Shown here piece after piece: positions 19,601 to 28,770 of a stretch of 64,000 nucleotides of DNA; the first letter of the stretch is position 1; each line of letters begins with the position of its first letter. The notes under the pieces were generated by a model. It saw only the letters and a program-made list of their open reading frames with translations. It was not told where the DNA came from and made no database searches. This DNA is from an uncultured Chthonomonadaceae bacterium (GTDB lineage: Bacteria > Armatimonadota > Chthonomonadetes > Chthonomonadales > Chthonomonadaceae): contig CAWIEK010000044.1 of assembly GCA_963835065.1 (NCBI GenBank), forward strand, positions 320,001 through 384,000, in the 5' to 3' direction. Made by a program: the position numbers and the translations under genes.

Positions 19601-20387
19601 TATAATGACCCCAAGAATTCGGACAGTGGTTTAAGGTGGTGGCTGTGTCACAATGAACACAGGAGAACCTACCATGTCTACAACCCGTAAACGCTATTCT
19701 GCCGAGTTCAAAGCAAAACTGGCTCTGGAAGTGGTCAAGGGCAACCACACTCTCGCCTGTGGAGTTGCGACCTCCCCTCTATTCCCTTACCGAAAGGATT
19801 TGTCTACCTGTTTGCCATTCTCGATTGGTACAGCCGCTTCGTGTTGAACTGGCAATGGTCCAACACGCTCGATACCGCCTTCTGCTGCGAAGGACTGGAT
19901 CAGGCTCTGGGAAGCGGCAAGCCCACGATCTTCACTAAGTAGACCAAAGGCCAAACTTCGTAGAAAATCAATCTCGAAAACCTACGAACTTACACCAACG
20001 GGCTACTTAGTGATCAAGGCGTCCAATTTACCAGCAAGGAGTTCACCGGTCGCCTGCTATCGGCTGATATTACCATCAGCATGGATGGGCGAGGCCGGGC
20101 GCTGGACAACATCTTCGTGGAACGCTTGTGGCGAACGGTCAAATACGAAGACGTGTATCTGAAAGGCTCCGAGACGCCGAAAGAAGTGTTCAACGGATTG
20201 CGCGATTACTTCCAGTTCTATGCGATTACTTCCAGTTCTATAATGAAGCGCGTCCACACCAAGCCTTGGACTACAAAACGCCGGCCCAAGTGTACCGCCA
20301 AGCGCTCAGTTGCGAGAGCGCCAACAACCGACGCGGCGACCACCTGAAACAAAACGAAAATTTGTCTTGACAAAGGGGGGCACTATA
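19601..20387 (+). mobile_element. degenerate IS3-family element with internal deletion
   Basis: Imperfect TIRs tataatgacccc..ggaca and tgtc..ggggcactata; orfA start MSTTRKRYSAEFKAKLALE fused to orfB fragments YLFAILDWYSRFVL, IFTSDQGVQFTS, SMDGRGRALDNIFVERLWRTVKYE. Confidence 0.9.
19938..20007. mobile_element. 70-bp MITE nested in the IS3 transposase
   Basis: TIR AGTAG(A)CC/GG(G)CTACT flanked by a TA duplication; removing it restores the codons TTC ACT AGT GAT CAA GGC (FTSDQG). Confidence 0.8.
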
Positions 20388-20593
20388 CGGTTTGTAATCC
20401 GAGCGCGTGGCAAAAATGAATTTTGTCATGTGTCACTTCTCAAACTTCGGCATAGCCAGCGCCTATCAAGGAAAGTATTAATGTGGAGCCACCCCATTGC
20501 GTAACTCCTGTTGCGCCTCGCTGATGTTCATCTGATTGACTTCCTCCTGAGAATGTAAAGGTGCCAAAACTACATCGGTCAATACCATCTTTT

Positions 20594-21049
20594 CTACTTC
20601 CATTGATAAGGCTTTATGTGCCAGTATCCTTTTTCTTTGATAACGATGTACGGGGCGCGCATCCCGTCAATTCCGCCGGTAAAAAGATCGGCCTGTACCT
20701 TTACCAGTTTGGGCGTTTCCCAGGTTATGCCTCGTATATCCAGCCGACTGCCCTGTTTGCCCGTTTCCTTGTCCGCAGGAATACGCTTTACATAAGTCAT
20801 TTGGCTTGCAGGCCGCAGCGTGTGCTTGCGGTCTTGTAAAGGACGCAAAAACGCGGCAGGGGCGCTTTTGCCGTACAAACTTACGAACAGCAGCGTGTTG
20901 TCCTCCGCCGAAAAATGCCTCTGGTAACGAACGACAGCCGCATAAATCTCTTGTTCTTCCGCCGCATCGTGTTGCTGCGCGAAAGCGGGGCGCAAGAAAC
21001 CACAGGCCAGCAAGCTTACAATGGCAAACAGAACAGCTTGGCTTCGCAT
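20594..21049 (-). CDS. secreted hypothetical protein
   Basis: GGAGG SD, signal peptide ending AFA-Q. Confidence 0.7.
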   Translation of the reverse strand: MRSQAVLFAIVSLLACGFLRPAFAQQHDAAEEQEIYAAVVRYQRHFSAEDNTLLFVSLYGKSAPAAFLRPLQDRKHTLRPASQMTYVKRIPADKETGKQGSRLDIRGITWETPKLVKVQADLFTGGIDGMRAPYIVIKEKGYWHIKPYQWK

Positions 21050-21110
21050 TTGAAACCTCCTCTTCTATACAACATAGCTTTCGCTCCTTACTCACCGAGG
21101 CCGTCTGTGG

Positions 21111-21597
21111 CTACCAGGCGGCTAACCCATTTTCAAACGGCTGCCAGTTTGCCGCCTCAACCCAATCATCGGGATGCTCGTCATGCGCGAAGAGCGCGAA
21201 ATTGTCTGCTGCGCCGCGCTTCAAAACAAAAGCGGCAATCTCCTGCCGACGATTTTCTGCCGCAACAGACAGAAAAACCGAGAATAAATCTTCCGGTGAC
21301 TCGAAGAAATCCGCGTAGCGTTCTTCTATGGCGTCCAGGCGATGAAACTCCACGCCTCCTGCGCATTTACTTCCACCCGTATAGATTTTACAGGCTCCGA
21401 CATGCAGCAGAAAGTAGCGGTACTTGGCGTTGAAAGCGACATGCCATTGCCGTTCAAAGGCTTCTAAATCGGCTTCCGTGTAGCGGGCTAAACTGGTAAA
21501 AGCAAATTCCGAACCGAAAGGCAGAACGATAGGCTGTCCGTTGCTTTGACTAATCCAATTATGGAGTTGTTGACAGGCGGCTTCAAACGGCATCATC
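21111..21597 (-). CDS. SMI1/KNR4 (SUKH)-like immunity protein
   Basis: YTEADLEAFERQWHVAFNAKYRYFLLHVG matches the SUKH N-terminal pattern. Confidence 0.7.
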
Positions 21598-22121
21598 GTC
21601 CTCCGTTCCTTTCTGGCGCGGATGCAGCAGGACGCAGAACAATTACCTGCGCCTCTTCGCAATAGTAGACGTCACCTATCTTTTTACCGGGCGCAACCTC
21701 CACTTCGGAAAAGCCATACATTACGCAGTTGCCATCCTCTGCTCCGACCTGCAGCCTGAGCGTCGTATCGCGCATCAGGAAGGCAAGCGTTTCGGAGGGG
21801 GAAGCGGCTGTCAATCGATTCACCAGTTCATAAAGTTCACTGTCGCTGCCGAACCACTGAATGAGGACAATCTCCCCTCTTGCCGAAGGCACAAAACATG
21901 CGCCCCACTCGCTGTCCGATAGCACCAGCATATCCCGGCTGTAGCGCTCAATCACGTGAACGCCGTCCTCACACGCGCAAATCACGTCGTAATCCGTCTC
22001 GACGCTCCCGCCTCTCATCAGGCTGTTGTTGAAGTCGTTAGCCCCTTGCCACTGCGCGGCGGCAGTCGTTTGCAGCACAACTGATGGCCCGCCGTCACCT
22101 CCTATCCACTCGGTTTCCATC
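21593..22121 (-). CDS. Imm21-like immunity protein
   Basis: WIGGDGGP..W.G..DYDVIC..LVLSD pattern recalled for Imm21; start at METEW. Confidence 0.6.
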
Positions 22122-22215
22122 GTACGCGGCTTCCTTTTTACTGTAGGCAATATACCCCTCGTCACCGAAACGCAACAGGTACAGGAAGTATTCGCTAAAG
22201 AGAAGGTATTTCCCT

Positions 22216-22310
22216 TAGAGCCTCTCCCAATAGGAGGGGCATTTGCGTCCGCAGGACGCTTGTACTTTCCTGCCAAATACTTTTAGTACCCTGCTAATTC
22301 AGGATAGCCC
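22216..22310. repeat. MITE/REP family copy (same family as 42682-42780)
   Basis: Reverse complement reads ...ggcaggaaagtacaagcgtcctgcggacgcaaatgcccctcctattgggagaggctctaa. Confidence 0.75.
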
Positions 22311-22401
22311 CGAAGCAAGCGCTCTCTCCCCGTTCTCCACAACGCCAACAGCAACCCTCCCGCAAAAATAATCCCGCCAAATAAAGACACCAAAAAGACA
22401 C

Positions 22402-22686
22402 CAAAAAAGCGAAACCTTTGCCTCCCACCCCCTGTCTAACAATACAAACGTCTACTATACCAACACGAAGGTTGAACGTTAGAGTTCCTATCAACTAACA
22501 ACCTAAACCTAAAACCCTAAAACCCTAACCCAGAAGGGAGGCGCAAAAAGATGCCTGTCCACACCCGCCCGCCCTGACGCTTTCGAGGTCACGACGCCTC
22601 ACTCCTACAACCAGACACAACGAGACATCGGGCTGGAAGCGCTGCATTGCCAAGATTTCGACGATGACTCTACATACCCTTTTCTG
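22402..22686 (+). ncRNA. copy 2 of the dispersed ECF-promoter cassette
   Basis: GAAACC (22411)-N16-TGTCTAA (22433); SD GGGAGG 22536; ATG 22551; core 22570-22677. Confidence 0.55.
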
Positions 22687-22754
22687 AACCGCTAACGCCT
22701 TTTTCATACTGCTTTGAAGGATTGCCCACCTCCCTTGCCGAATGTAACGGCACT

Positions 22755-23759
22755 ATGCTTATCGGAATCCTCTTTATCGCTTTCCTCGGCTTTATTATCT
22801 ATGCCGGCGTTGCTTCCAATCGCAAACTCGCGGAGCGGCGGGGGACGGTCACGGCGCAAATGAACGGGCTGATAACGCAGATGAACGGCCTGGTCGCGCA
22901 AAGTCGCGCCCTCGACGCCAACACCATCGCCCGCGTAGACGAAGCGCAGACCGCCGTTCACGCCAAACTGAATCAGGCGCGGGAACTGCTGCCCCTGGCG
23001 GTGAAAGATCGGCACTTCGAGCGCATCGGACGCATTCTGGCGCAGACGGAAACCAAAATGGGCAATCTACAGGCCAGCCTGCAGCGCGCCCAAACGCGAA
23101 TGGATGCCCGAACGCAGCGTCAGGCCGAAGCCCAACAGCGCCGCGAAGAAACCCGGAGCCAAAATGCCATGCAGCGTACCTCTCGCGGTTCGTTTGCGCC
23201 GCCCGCGCAAGTCACGGATGCCCAAACCGACTGGAACGTGATGCCGGCTGGCGAGCGCGGCGCGTGTTTCTTCTGTTCGCGCCCCTGCCTGCTGCGCGAA
23301 CTCACGCCTGTTACCGTGCCCATCGGCGGGCAGGCGCAGCGCGTTCTGGCTTGCCCGCAGGACTTGGCCGCTATACGCGCCGGCAATCTGCCGCCCATCC
23401 GCGCCTTCGACATGAACGGCAGGCGTGTGCCCTGGTACGCTTATTCGCGCTACAATCCCTACCGCGATTACTACGTGGATCGCTTCGACGCCGACATCTA
23501 CCTGAACCGCTATCCCCTCGACATCATCGAACCGATCTTCTGGAACTTCAACACGCCCTACCTTTACGACGATGGCCCCGCCTACGTCTTTTCCCCGCAG
23601 GCCGAACCGTACCAGGACTACATGAGCGCCAATGCCGCCGCGTCCATAGACCCGAACCAGAATGTCGGCGGCGCGGACTTTTCCAATGCCGACCCTGGAG
23701 TCGGCGGCGTAGATTTTGCGAACAATGCCGATTTTGCAGTCGGCCAGGATGTGTCGTAA
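22755..23759 (+). CDS. membrane-anchored hypothetical protein (coiled coil, CxxC..C, Tyr/Asp-rich tail)
   Basis: N-terminal TM helix, CFFC...LAC, low-complexity C-terminus. Confidence 0.75.
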   Translation: MLIGILFIAFLGFIIYAGVASNRKLAERRGTVTAQMNGLITQMNGLVAQSRALDANTIARVDEAQTAVHAKLNQARELLPLAVKDRHFERIGRILAQTETKMGNLQASLQRAQTRMDARTQRQAEAQQRREETRSQNAMQRTSRGSFAPPAQVTDAQTDWNVMPAGERGACFFCSRPCLLRELTPVTVPIGGQAQRVLACPQDLAAIRAGNLPPIRAFDMNGRRVPWYAYSRYNPYRDYYVDRFDADIYLNRYPLDIIEPIFWNFNTPYLYDDGPAYVFSPQAEPYQDYMSANAAASIDPNQNVGGADFSNADPGVGGVDFANNADFAVGQDVS

Positions 23760-23862
23760 CAATGCAGGCATCAGGCATTAGGCATTAGGAAAATGCAGGA
23801 TTGGCTCCTTCCTAATGCCTAATGCCTGATGCCTAATGCCTTGCCAAGAACGGAGTACCCGT

Positions 23863-24954
23863 ATGACGCGAAGACCGCGCCTGCTGTTTTATGCCGTCAA
23901 CGGGCTGGGATTGGGACACGTTACGCGCTTGATCGCCATTGCCCGCCAAATTCGGAAGCGCGTTCCCGATGCCGAAATCGTGTTTTTAACCTCGTCCGAA
24001 GCGGAAAGCGTGATTTACCGCGAAGGGTTTGCCGCCTTCAAAGTGCCGTCCAAAACCCTGCGGGCGGAAGCCAACATTCGCCCCGCCACCTATGCCCGCC
24101 TGCTGCAAACTCTGGTTCTCAACCTTGTGGCCGCTTTCAATCCCCATATCCTGATTGTGGACACCTTTCCCGCCGGCGTGATTCAGGAACTGCTGCCCGT
24201 CCTGCGCTGGGACGGCTACAAAGTGTTCGTGTACCGCGCGCAGCGCCTGGAAATCGCCGAGTCGCCCCTGATGCAGAACACGCTGCCCCTGTACCATCTC
24301 GCCATTGTGCCGCACCATGCCGACGAGGAAGACACGCCCCTGCCGGACGGCCTGCCCGCCGTGTGGACAGGGCCGATTTTGATACGCAGCCGGGAAGAAG
24401 CCAAAACGCGGGCGGAAGCGCGTCAAACATTGGGATTGCCCGCCGAAGGCGATGTTGTGTATATCACGTTCGGCGGGGGCGGGGATAAGGCCATGAATCG
24501 CGCCCTGCATCTGGCAACAGAAGCATTGGCCGAACTGCCGAACGCGCATCTCGCCGTTGCCGCCGCGCCTCTGTACCGGGGCGACCTGCCGCGCGGCTCA
24601 AACCTCACGCTCGTAGACTACTACCCGATGGCCGAATTGTACGCCGCCTTCGATGCCGCCGTGTCCGCCACCGGCTACAACACTACAATGGAACTGCTCC
24701 ATCATGGCGTGCCCACCGCGTTTGTTCCATTCGCCCGCCAGGTAGACGACCAGGAAGCCCGCGCTCGCCACATCGCTCAGGCCGATGCAGGCATTGCGCT
24801 GATTGACCTGCAAGCCCACGCTTTGCAGGCAGCCGTAACGCGCCTGCTCGACCCAAACGAAGCCGCCCGCATCCGCGCCAACGCGCAGGAAATGGTTCCC
24901 GACAGCGGCGCGGAACGGGCCGCAAACGCCATTTTAGATTTACTTCCGAATTGA
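23863..24954 (+). CDS. GT-B glycosyltransferase (GT28 C-terminal-like)
   Basis: NGLGLGHVTR, TFGGGG, ATGYNT, DDQEARA. Confidence 0.88.
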   Translation: MTRRPRLLFYAVNGLGLGHVTRLIAIARQIRKRVPDAEIVFLTSSEAESVIYREGFAAFKVPSKTLRAEANIRPATYARLLQTLVLNLVAAFNPHILIVDTFPAGVIQELLPVLRWDGYKVFVYRAQRLEIAESPLMQNTLPLYHLAIVPHHADEEDTPLPDGLPAVWTGPILIRSREEAKTRAEARQTLGLPAEGDVVYITFGGGGDKAMNRALHLATEALAELPNAHLAVAAAPLYRGDLPRGSNLTLVDYYPMAELYAAFDAAVSATGYNTTMELLHHGVPTAFVPFARQVDDQEARARHIAQADAGIALIDLQAHALQAAVTRLLDPNEAARIRANAQEMVPDSGAERAANAILDLLPN

Positions 24955-25002
24955 CGCTTTTCGTAGTTCCAGCATCCCTATCAACTACAAATTCTCAACT
25001 AT

Positions 25003-25771
25003 TCAGGGCTGAAGTTTGCGCAGGAGGGCGGCGAGGCGTTCGGGGTCATCGCGGAGGAGGAGGGCGAGCTGCTTGCCCGCGCGCACCAGAAAGTTGAAAT
25101 CGCGGTCACGACACTCGTAAACGTGGGACAGGCAGGCCGCGACAAGTTCGTCCGGGGGAACGTCGGCGGAAACGGCAAGCATCTGGCGGACAAAATCGGG
25201 GGTATCGGAAAGGGCGCGCACTTCCGCGCTGTCGCATCCATCCACAAAGGCGTGGAGGCGGGGCGGCTGCGGCGGCAATCCCAGGCGAATACGCCCGTTT
25301 CGCACATAGCCGAAGGGCAGGGCCACAAACTCCGTTGCCAACAGATCGAAAATCTGCGGCTGCTCGGCGGCAAGCGCGGCTTCTTCCAGCCCATACGCCG
25401 AAGCGCGGCGGCCCAGATCGGTTCCACCGGTAGAAGCGGCGCACACAAGAGCGTACAGCGTGTCGTCGGGAACCATTGCGCCCGCGCGCGCTCCATTTGC
25501 CGCGGCAACAGAGGCGGAAGGCGGGCGGATCGGCGAATGGGTCTTCATCCTCCTGCAAGCGAGCAGGGAACGGACGCAAAGCCGCGCTGCTTGAAGTTGT
25601 GGCGCTGGATACAAGCGACGCGGCGCGCGCTCCGGGCGGCAGCGCCTTGACAAATGTGCCGAGTATGGGCGGCTGATGCAGCCGCTCACGCGGGCATTGG
25701 GCAACGAAGCGCGTGGTACTCGCCTCGATGATTTCACCTGCAGGAACGGCGTAAGAAGGTAAATCAGGCAT
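25003..25771 (-). CDS. HAS-barrel (HerA-associated)-like protein; frameshift near 25520
   Basis: GEIIEASTTRFVAQC..PPILGTFVK, then LYALVC..RRASAYG..EQPQIFDLLATEF..LPPQPPRLHAFV. Confidence 0.7.
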
Positions 25772-25822
25772 GGGAACCAAAAAGTTCAAAGGAAATTTAG
25801 ATGAAATTCAGAAGCAAATGCG

Positions 25823-26461
25823 TCAGCGCTGCACCGGGATGGCAGACATGGCCGTAGGCACGAAAGGACGCCTGGGAAACGCGCCGAACAAACCGGCAGG
25901 GCGGCGTCTCACCGGAGACGCCGCAGCCGCTTCGGCAGCCTGCGAACGAGTCAGGTAGCGGATATGGGCAATAGGATAGACAAGGGGAGCGGGCGAGCGC
26001 GTAACCCGCAGTTCGCCCACTTTGTGGGGCGAGGAGCCAATGTAGGTTTCATATAGGTCAAGGTCGTAGACCTGGCCCAGACAATCCTGGGCTTCACGCC
26101 AGGCGGACAAAGCCACGCGATCCATATTCCAGGGTTCCATGCGGGCGGGACACATCAATTTGATGCGGCTGCCAGCGTGATTGACCTCCTCGAAACGCGC
26201 CCGAATCGCTATTTTGGACTCATGCTCTCGAAAGCGCTCCGTGAACCGCTGAGCAAAAAGGTCCTGCCGCTGCTTTAACGACATGGGGGGGGTGTCGGCG
26301 GCGCGGGCGGCAATCTCCTGGTGAATGGCGGCAGGAGCCGGCGACAGCATCAGCACAGCATCCAGCGGGTCTGCTTCCGCGCTGCGGATCGAAACGCCGT
26401 TCAAGTAAAACAAGATACCGCCGACCGCCCCCAATGCGCCGAGAAACCAGAGATGTTTCAT
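25823..26461 (-). CDS. hypothetical protein with N-terminal membrane anchor
   Basis: MKHLWFLGALGAVGGILFYL start, AAGGA SD. Confidence 0.65.
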   Translation of the reverse strand: MKHLWFLGALGAVGGILFYLNGVSIRSAEADPLDAVLMLSPAPAAIHQEIAARAADTPPMSLKQRQDLFAQRFTERFREHESKIAIRARFEEVNHAGSRIKLMCPARMEPWNMDRVALSAWREAQDCLGQVYDLDLYETYIGSSPHKVGELRVTRSPAPLVYPIAHIRYLTRSQAAEAAAASPVRRRPAGLFGAFPRRPFVPTAMSAIPVQR

Positions 26462-26821
26462 AATTGCGTTCCTTTGCCTGGTCATGTCGCGGCAAACTCC
26501 GCGACAGCAAACCGATTGTACCCTATCGCTCCACAATGCTATTCAAATTATAGGGTGAGACGCTGGATTCCTGCGTTATTTTTCATTTGAAATAAAATTT
26601 TTGCAAGCAAACAAACAGGGAACAATCGCCGCCGCGCGTTCGTCATGTTTTTAAGCAGGCATATCGCCTGTTGCCGCGTATGCTTCCAGGTTCGCTTTGT
26701 AAGCGGCGCGCGACCTCATCGCCTCCCGCCCCACCGTGATCGTTCGCTTCTCTTTCCTCACGCGGGGCGATAGACGCAGTCCCCGGAAGGACTTATCCTT
26801 ACTCGTCAGGAGAACGCACGA

Positions 26822-27142
26822 ATGGCACGTAAAGCACCACAGCCGGAGCCGCTGCAAGAAACCGCTCCACAGCAATCCGAGAATCTCGAAAACAATGCCG
26901 AACACACCGCCGGGCGGGGCTGGCACGGCAACCCGGAAGGCCACGCTTCCGCAGGCCGCAAGGGTGGCGCGAAAGTCGCCCAGGATCGCAGCCACATGGC
27001 CGAGATCGGCAAAAAGGGTGGCGCGAAAGTCGCCCAAGATCGCAGCCACATGGCCGAAATAGGACGCAAAGGCGGCGCGAAAGTGTCCCAGGACCGCCAG
27101 CACATGGCCGAAATCGGCAAAAAAGGTGGCGAAAGCCGGTAG
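26822..27142 (+). CDS. KGG-repeat general stress protein (GsiB/YciG-like)
   Basis: Three near-identical 20-aa/60-nt repeats KGGAKVAQDRSHMAEIG(K/R); AGGAG SD. Confidence 0.9.
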   Translation: MARKAPQPEPLQETAPQQSENLENNAEHTAGRGWHGNPEGHASAGRKGGAKVAQDRSHMAEIGKKGGAKVAQDRSHMAEIGRKGGAKVSQDRQHMAEIGKKGGESR

Positions 27143-27150
27143 GAGTATTC

Positions 27151-27513
27151 ACCACCCGCTGCGCTAGAGACACAGAGACACAGAGGTTTCACAGAGGAAG
27201 AAAAGGAGAAAAGGAGAAAAGGAGAAAAGGAGAGATGGAAACCGCGAAACACACGAAATAAACGAAAAAAGACGAAAAGAACATGGGCAAAAAGACAGAA
27301 AGAACAAATTCGCAGATGCTGCCTTGTGTTCAGAACAAACAGGCTTTTCTTCTCAGTTCGTAATCCTGTTTAATCCTTCTAATCCCGTTAATCCTGTCTA
27401 TTTCTCTTTGTTCTTTTTTCGTCTTGGTTCGTTTCTTTCGCGGTTCCCTACTCCTCTCCTTCTTCCCCTCTGTGAAACCTCTGTGTCTCTGTGTCTCTAG
27501 CGCAGCGGGTGGT
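27151..27513. repeat. large nested inverted repeat between convergent genes
   Basis: accacccgctgcgctagagacacagagacacagaggtttcacagagg is mirrored exactly at about 27466-27512; the interior has GA-rich versus CT-rich arrays. Confidence 0.9.
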
Positions 27514-28097
27514 TAATTGAATTTACAAGGCAGGCGCAGGGCGCGGCGCAGGCGGGCGTAATACTCGCGGTGCGGGATTTCGATGGCTCCCAGGCTTTGC
27601 AGGTGCGGCGTCACGTACTGCACGTCCAGCAGGGCGTAGCCGCGTTCGTTCAGGCGCGAAACCAGGGCATGCAGCGCCACTTTGGAAGCGTCCGTTTCGC
27701 GGTGAAACATGCTTTCCGCCATGAACGCGCCGCCCAAACTGACGCCATACGTTCCGCCCACCAGCCGCCCGTCCCGCCACGTTTCCACACTATGCGCTTT
27801 GCCCAATCGGTGCAGTTCGCCGTACAAAGCGATGAATTCCTCGGAAATCCACGTTCCCTCTTCCCGATCCGCGCAGCCGCGCATCACGCCCTCGAAATCC
27901 GTGTCGTAACGCGCCTCGAACACGTCCTGCCGAATGGTTTTGGCAAGCGAGCGCGACGTATGAAACCCATCCAGCGGCAAAATAGCGCGCGGGTCGGGCA
28001 TGTACCAGCGCAGTTCGTCAATCTCGTCATGGTACATCGGGAAAACGCCCCGCTTGTACGCGAATTCAATTCCGGCAGGCGTGAAGGTCAGGAACAT
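27513..28097 (-). CDS. aat: leucyl/phenylalanyl-tRNA-protein transferase
   Basis: AYKRGVFPM, PDPRAIL, AHSVETW, GESMF-like AESMFHRETDASKVAL, LLDVQ. Confidence 0.93.
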   Translation of the reverse strand: MFLTFTPAGIEFAYKRGVFPMYHDEIDELRWYMPDPRAILPLDGFHTSRSLAKTIRQDVFEARYDTDFEGVMRGCADREEGTWISEEFIALYGELHRLGKAHSVETWRDGRLVGGTYGVSLGGAFMAESMFHRETDASKVALHALVSRLNERGYALLDVQYVTPHLQSLGAIEIPHREYYARLRRALRLPCKFN

Positions 28098-28184
28098 GGT
28101 CGGTAGGCATTAGACGGGAGGACTGGCTGTTCTGCTGATTGTAAAGTGCGCAACATGTTCAGGTTAGTTTCTAATGCCTAATGC

Positions 28185-28523
28185 CTACTTCAAGCACCTC
28201 GGCAGCGTAAACGTCCCATCCGCATTGGGCGGGAACGGCACGACATCGGTGACGGCGGAAACATTCAGCGGGCCATAGATGTGCGGGTACGTGCCGCCAT
28301 TGGACGCCAATTCGTATTTGATTTCGGACTGCGCTTTGTGGGCGTCAATAACAAGCAGGCATAAATTCGCGCGCCCATGATAGAAAAGCAGAGCGGTGTC
28401 CGCCACTTGCGCGGGCGTGGAGCAGTGGATAAAGCCTTCCGTTTCCAAACTTGGCGCTCGGTACTCCCCGCTTGCCTGCGCGGATTGCCATTCGCCCGGC
28501 GTACAGATATGCAGCAGCGTCAT
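28185..28523 (-). CDS. DUF952-family protein
   Basis: SLETEGFIHCST, YPHIYGPLN. Confidence 0.88.
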   Translation of the reverse strand: MTLLHICTPGEWQSAQASGEYRAPSLETEGFIHCSTPAQVADTALLFYHGRANLCLLVIDAHKAQSEIKYELASNGGTYPHIYGPLNVSAVTDVVPFPPNADGTFTLPRCLK

Positions 28524-28770
28524 GGTGATTTCTCCTGAGCAGAAAGGCGCTGAAAGTTCATAGTTCGCGCATCCCTATCAACTATCAACTATGAACTGTC
28601 AGTTTTGTCTCTGCCTGCATGGTTACGCTTTTCCATACGCAATCGCGGCAGTTATGGCGTCAGAGTTTTGCGCGTTTTTCTCTCCCACATTCGCCTTTCT
28701 TCCGTTTCGTGCTACCATTTAGAACAGAATTATCTTTGCAAATTCTTTGCAGGCGTGAGGAGAACGATTC

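Noticed and set aside
22501..22531. CCCTAAA-like telomere repeat or eukaryotic contamination
   Set aside because: Only about four imperfect units, embedded in bacterial intergenic DNA rich in similar short arrays.
26950..27135. Regular 60-bp repeats as a CRISPR array
   Set aside because: The repeats are contiguous, have no unique spacers, and encode KGG repeats in frame.
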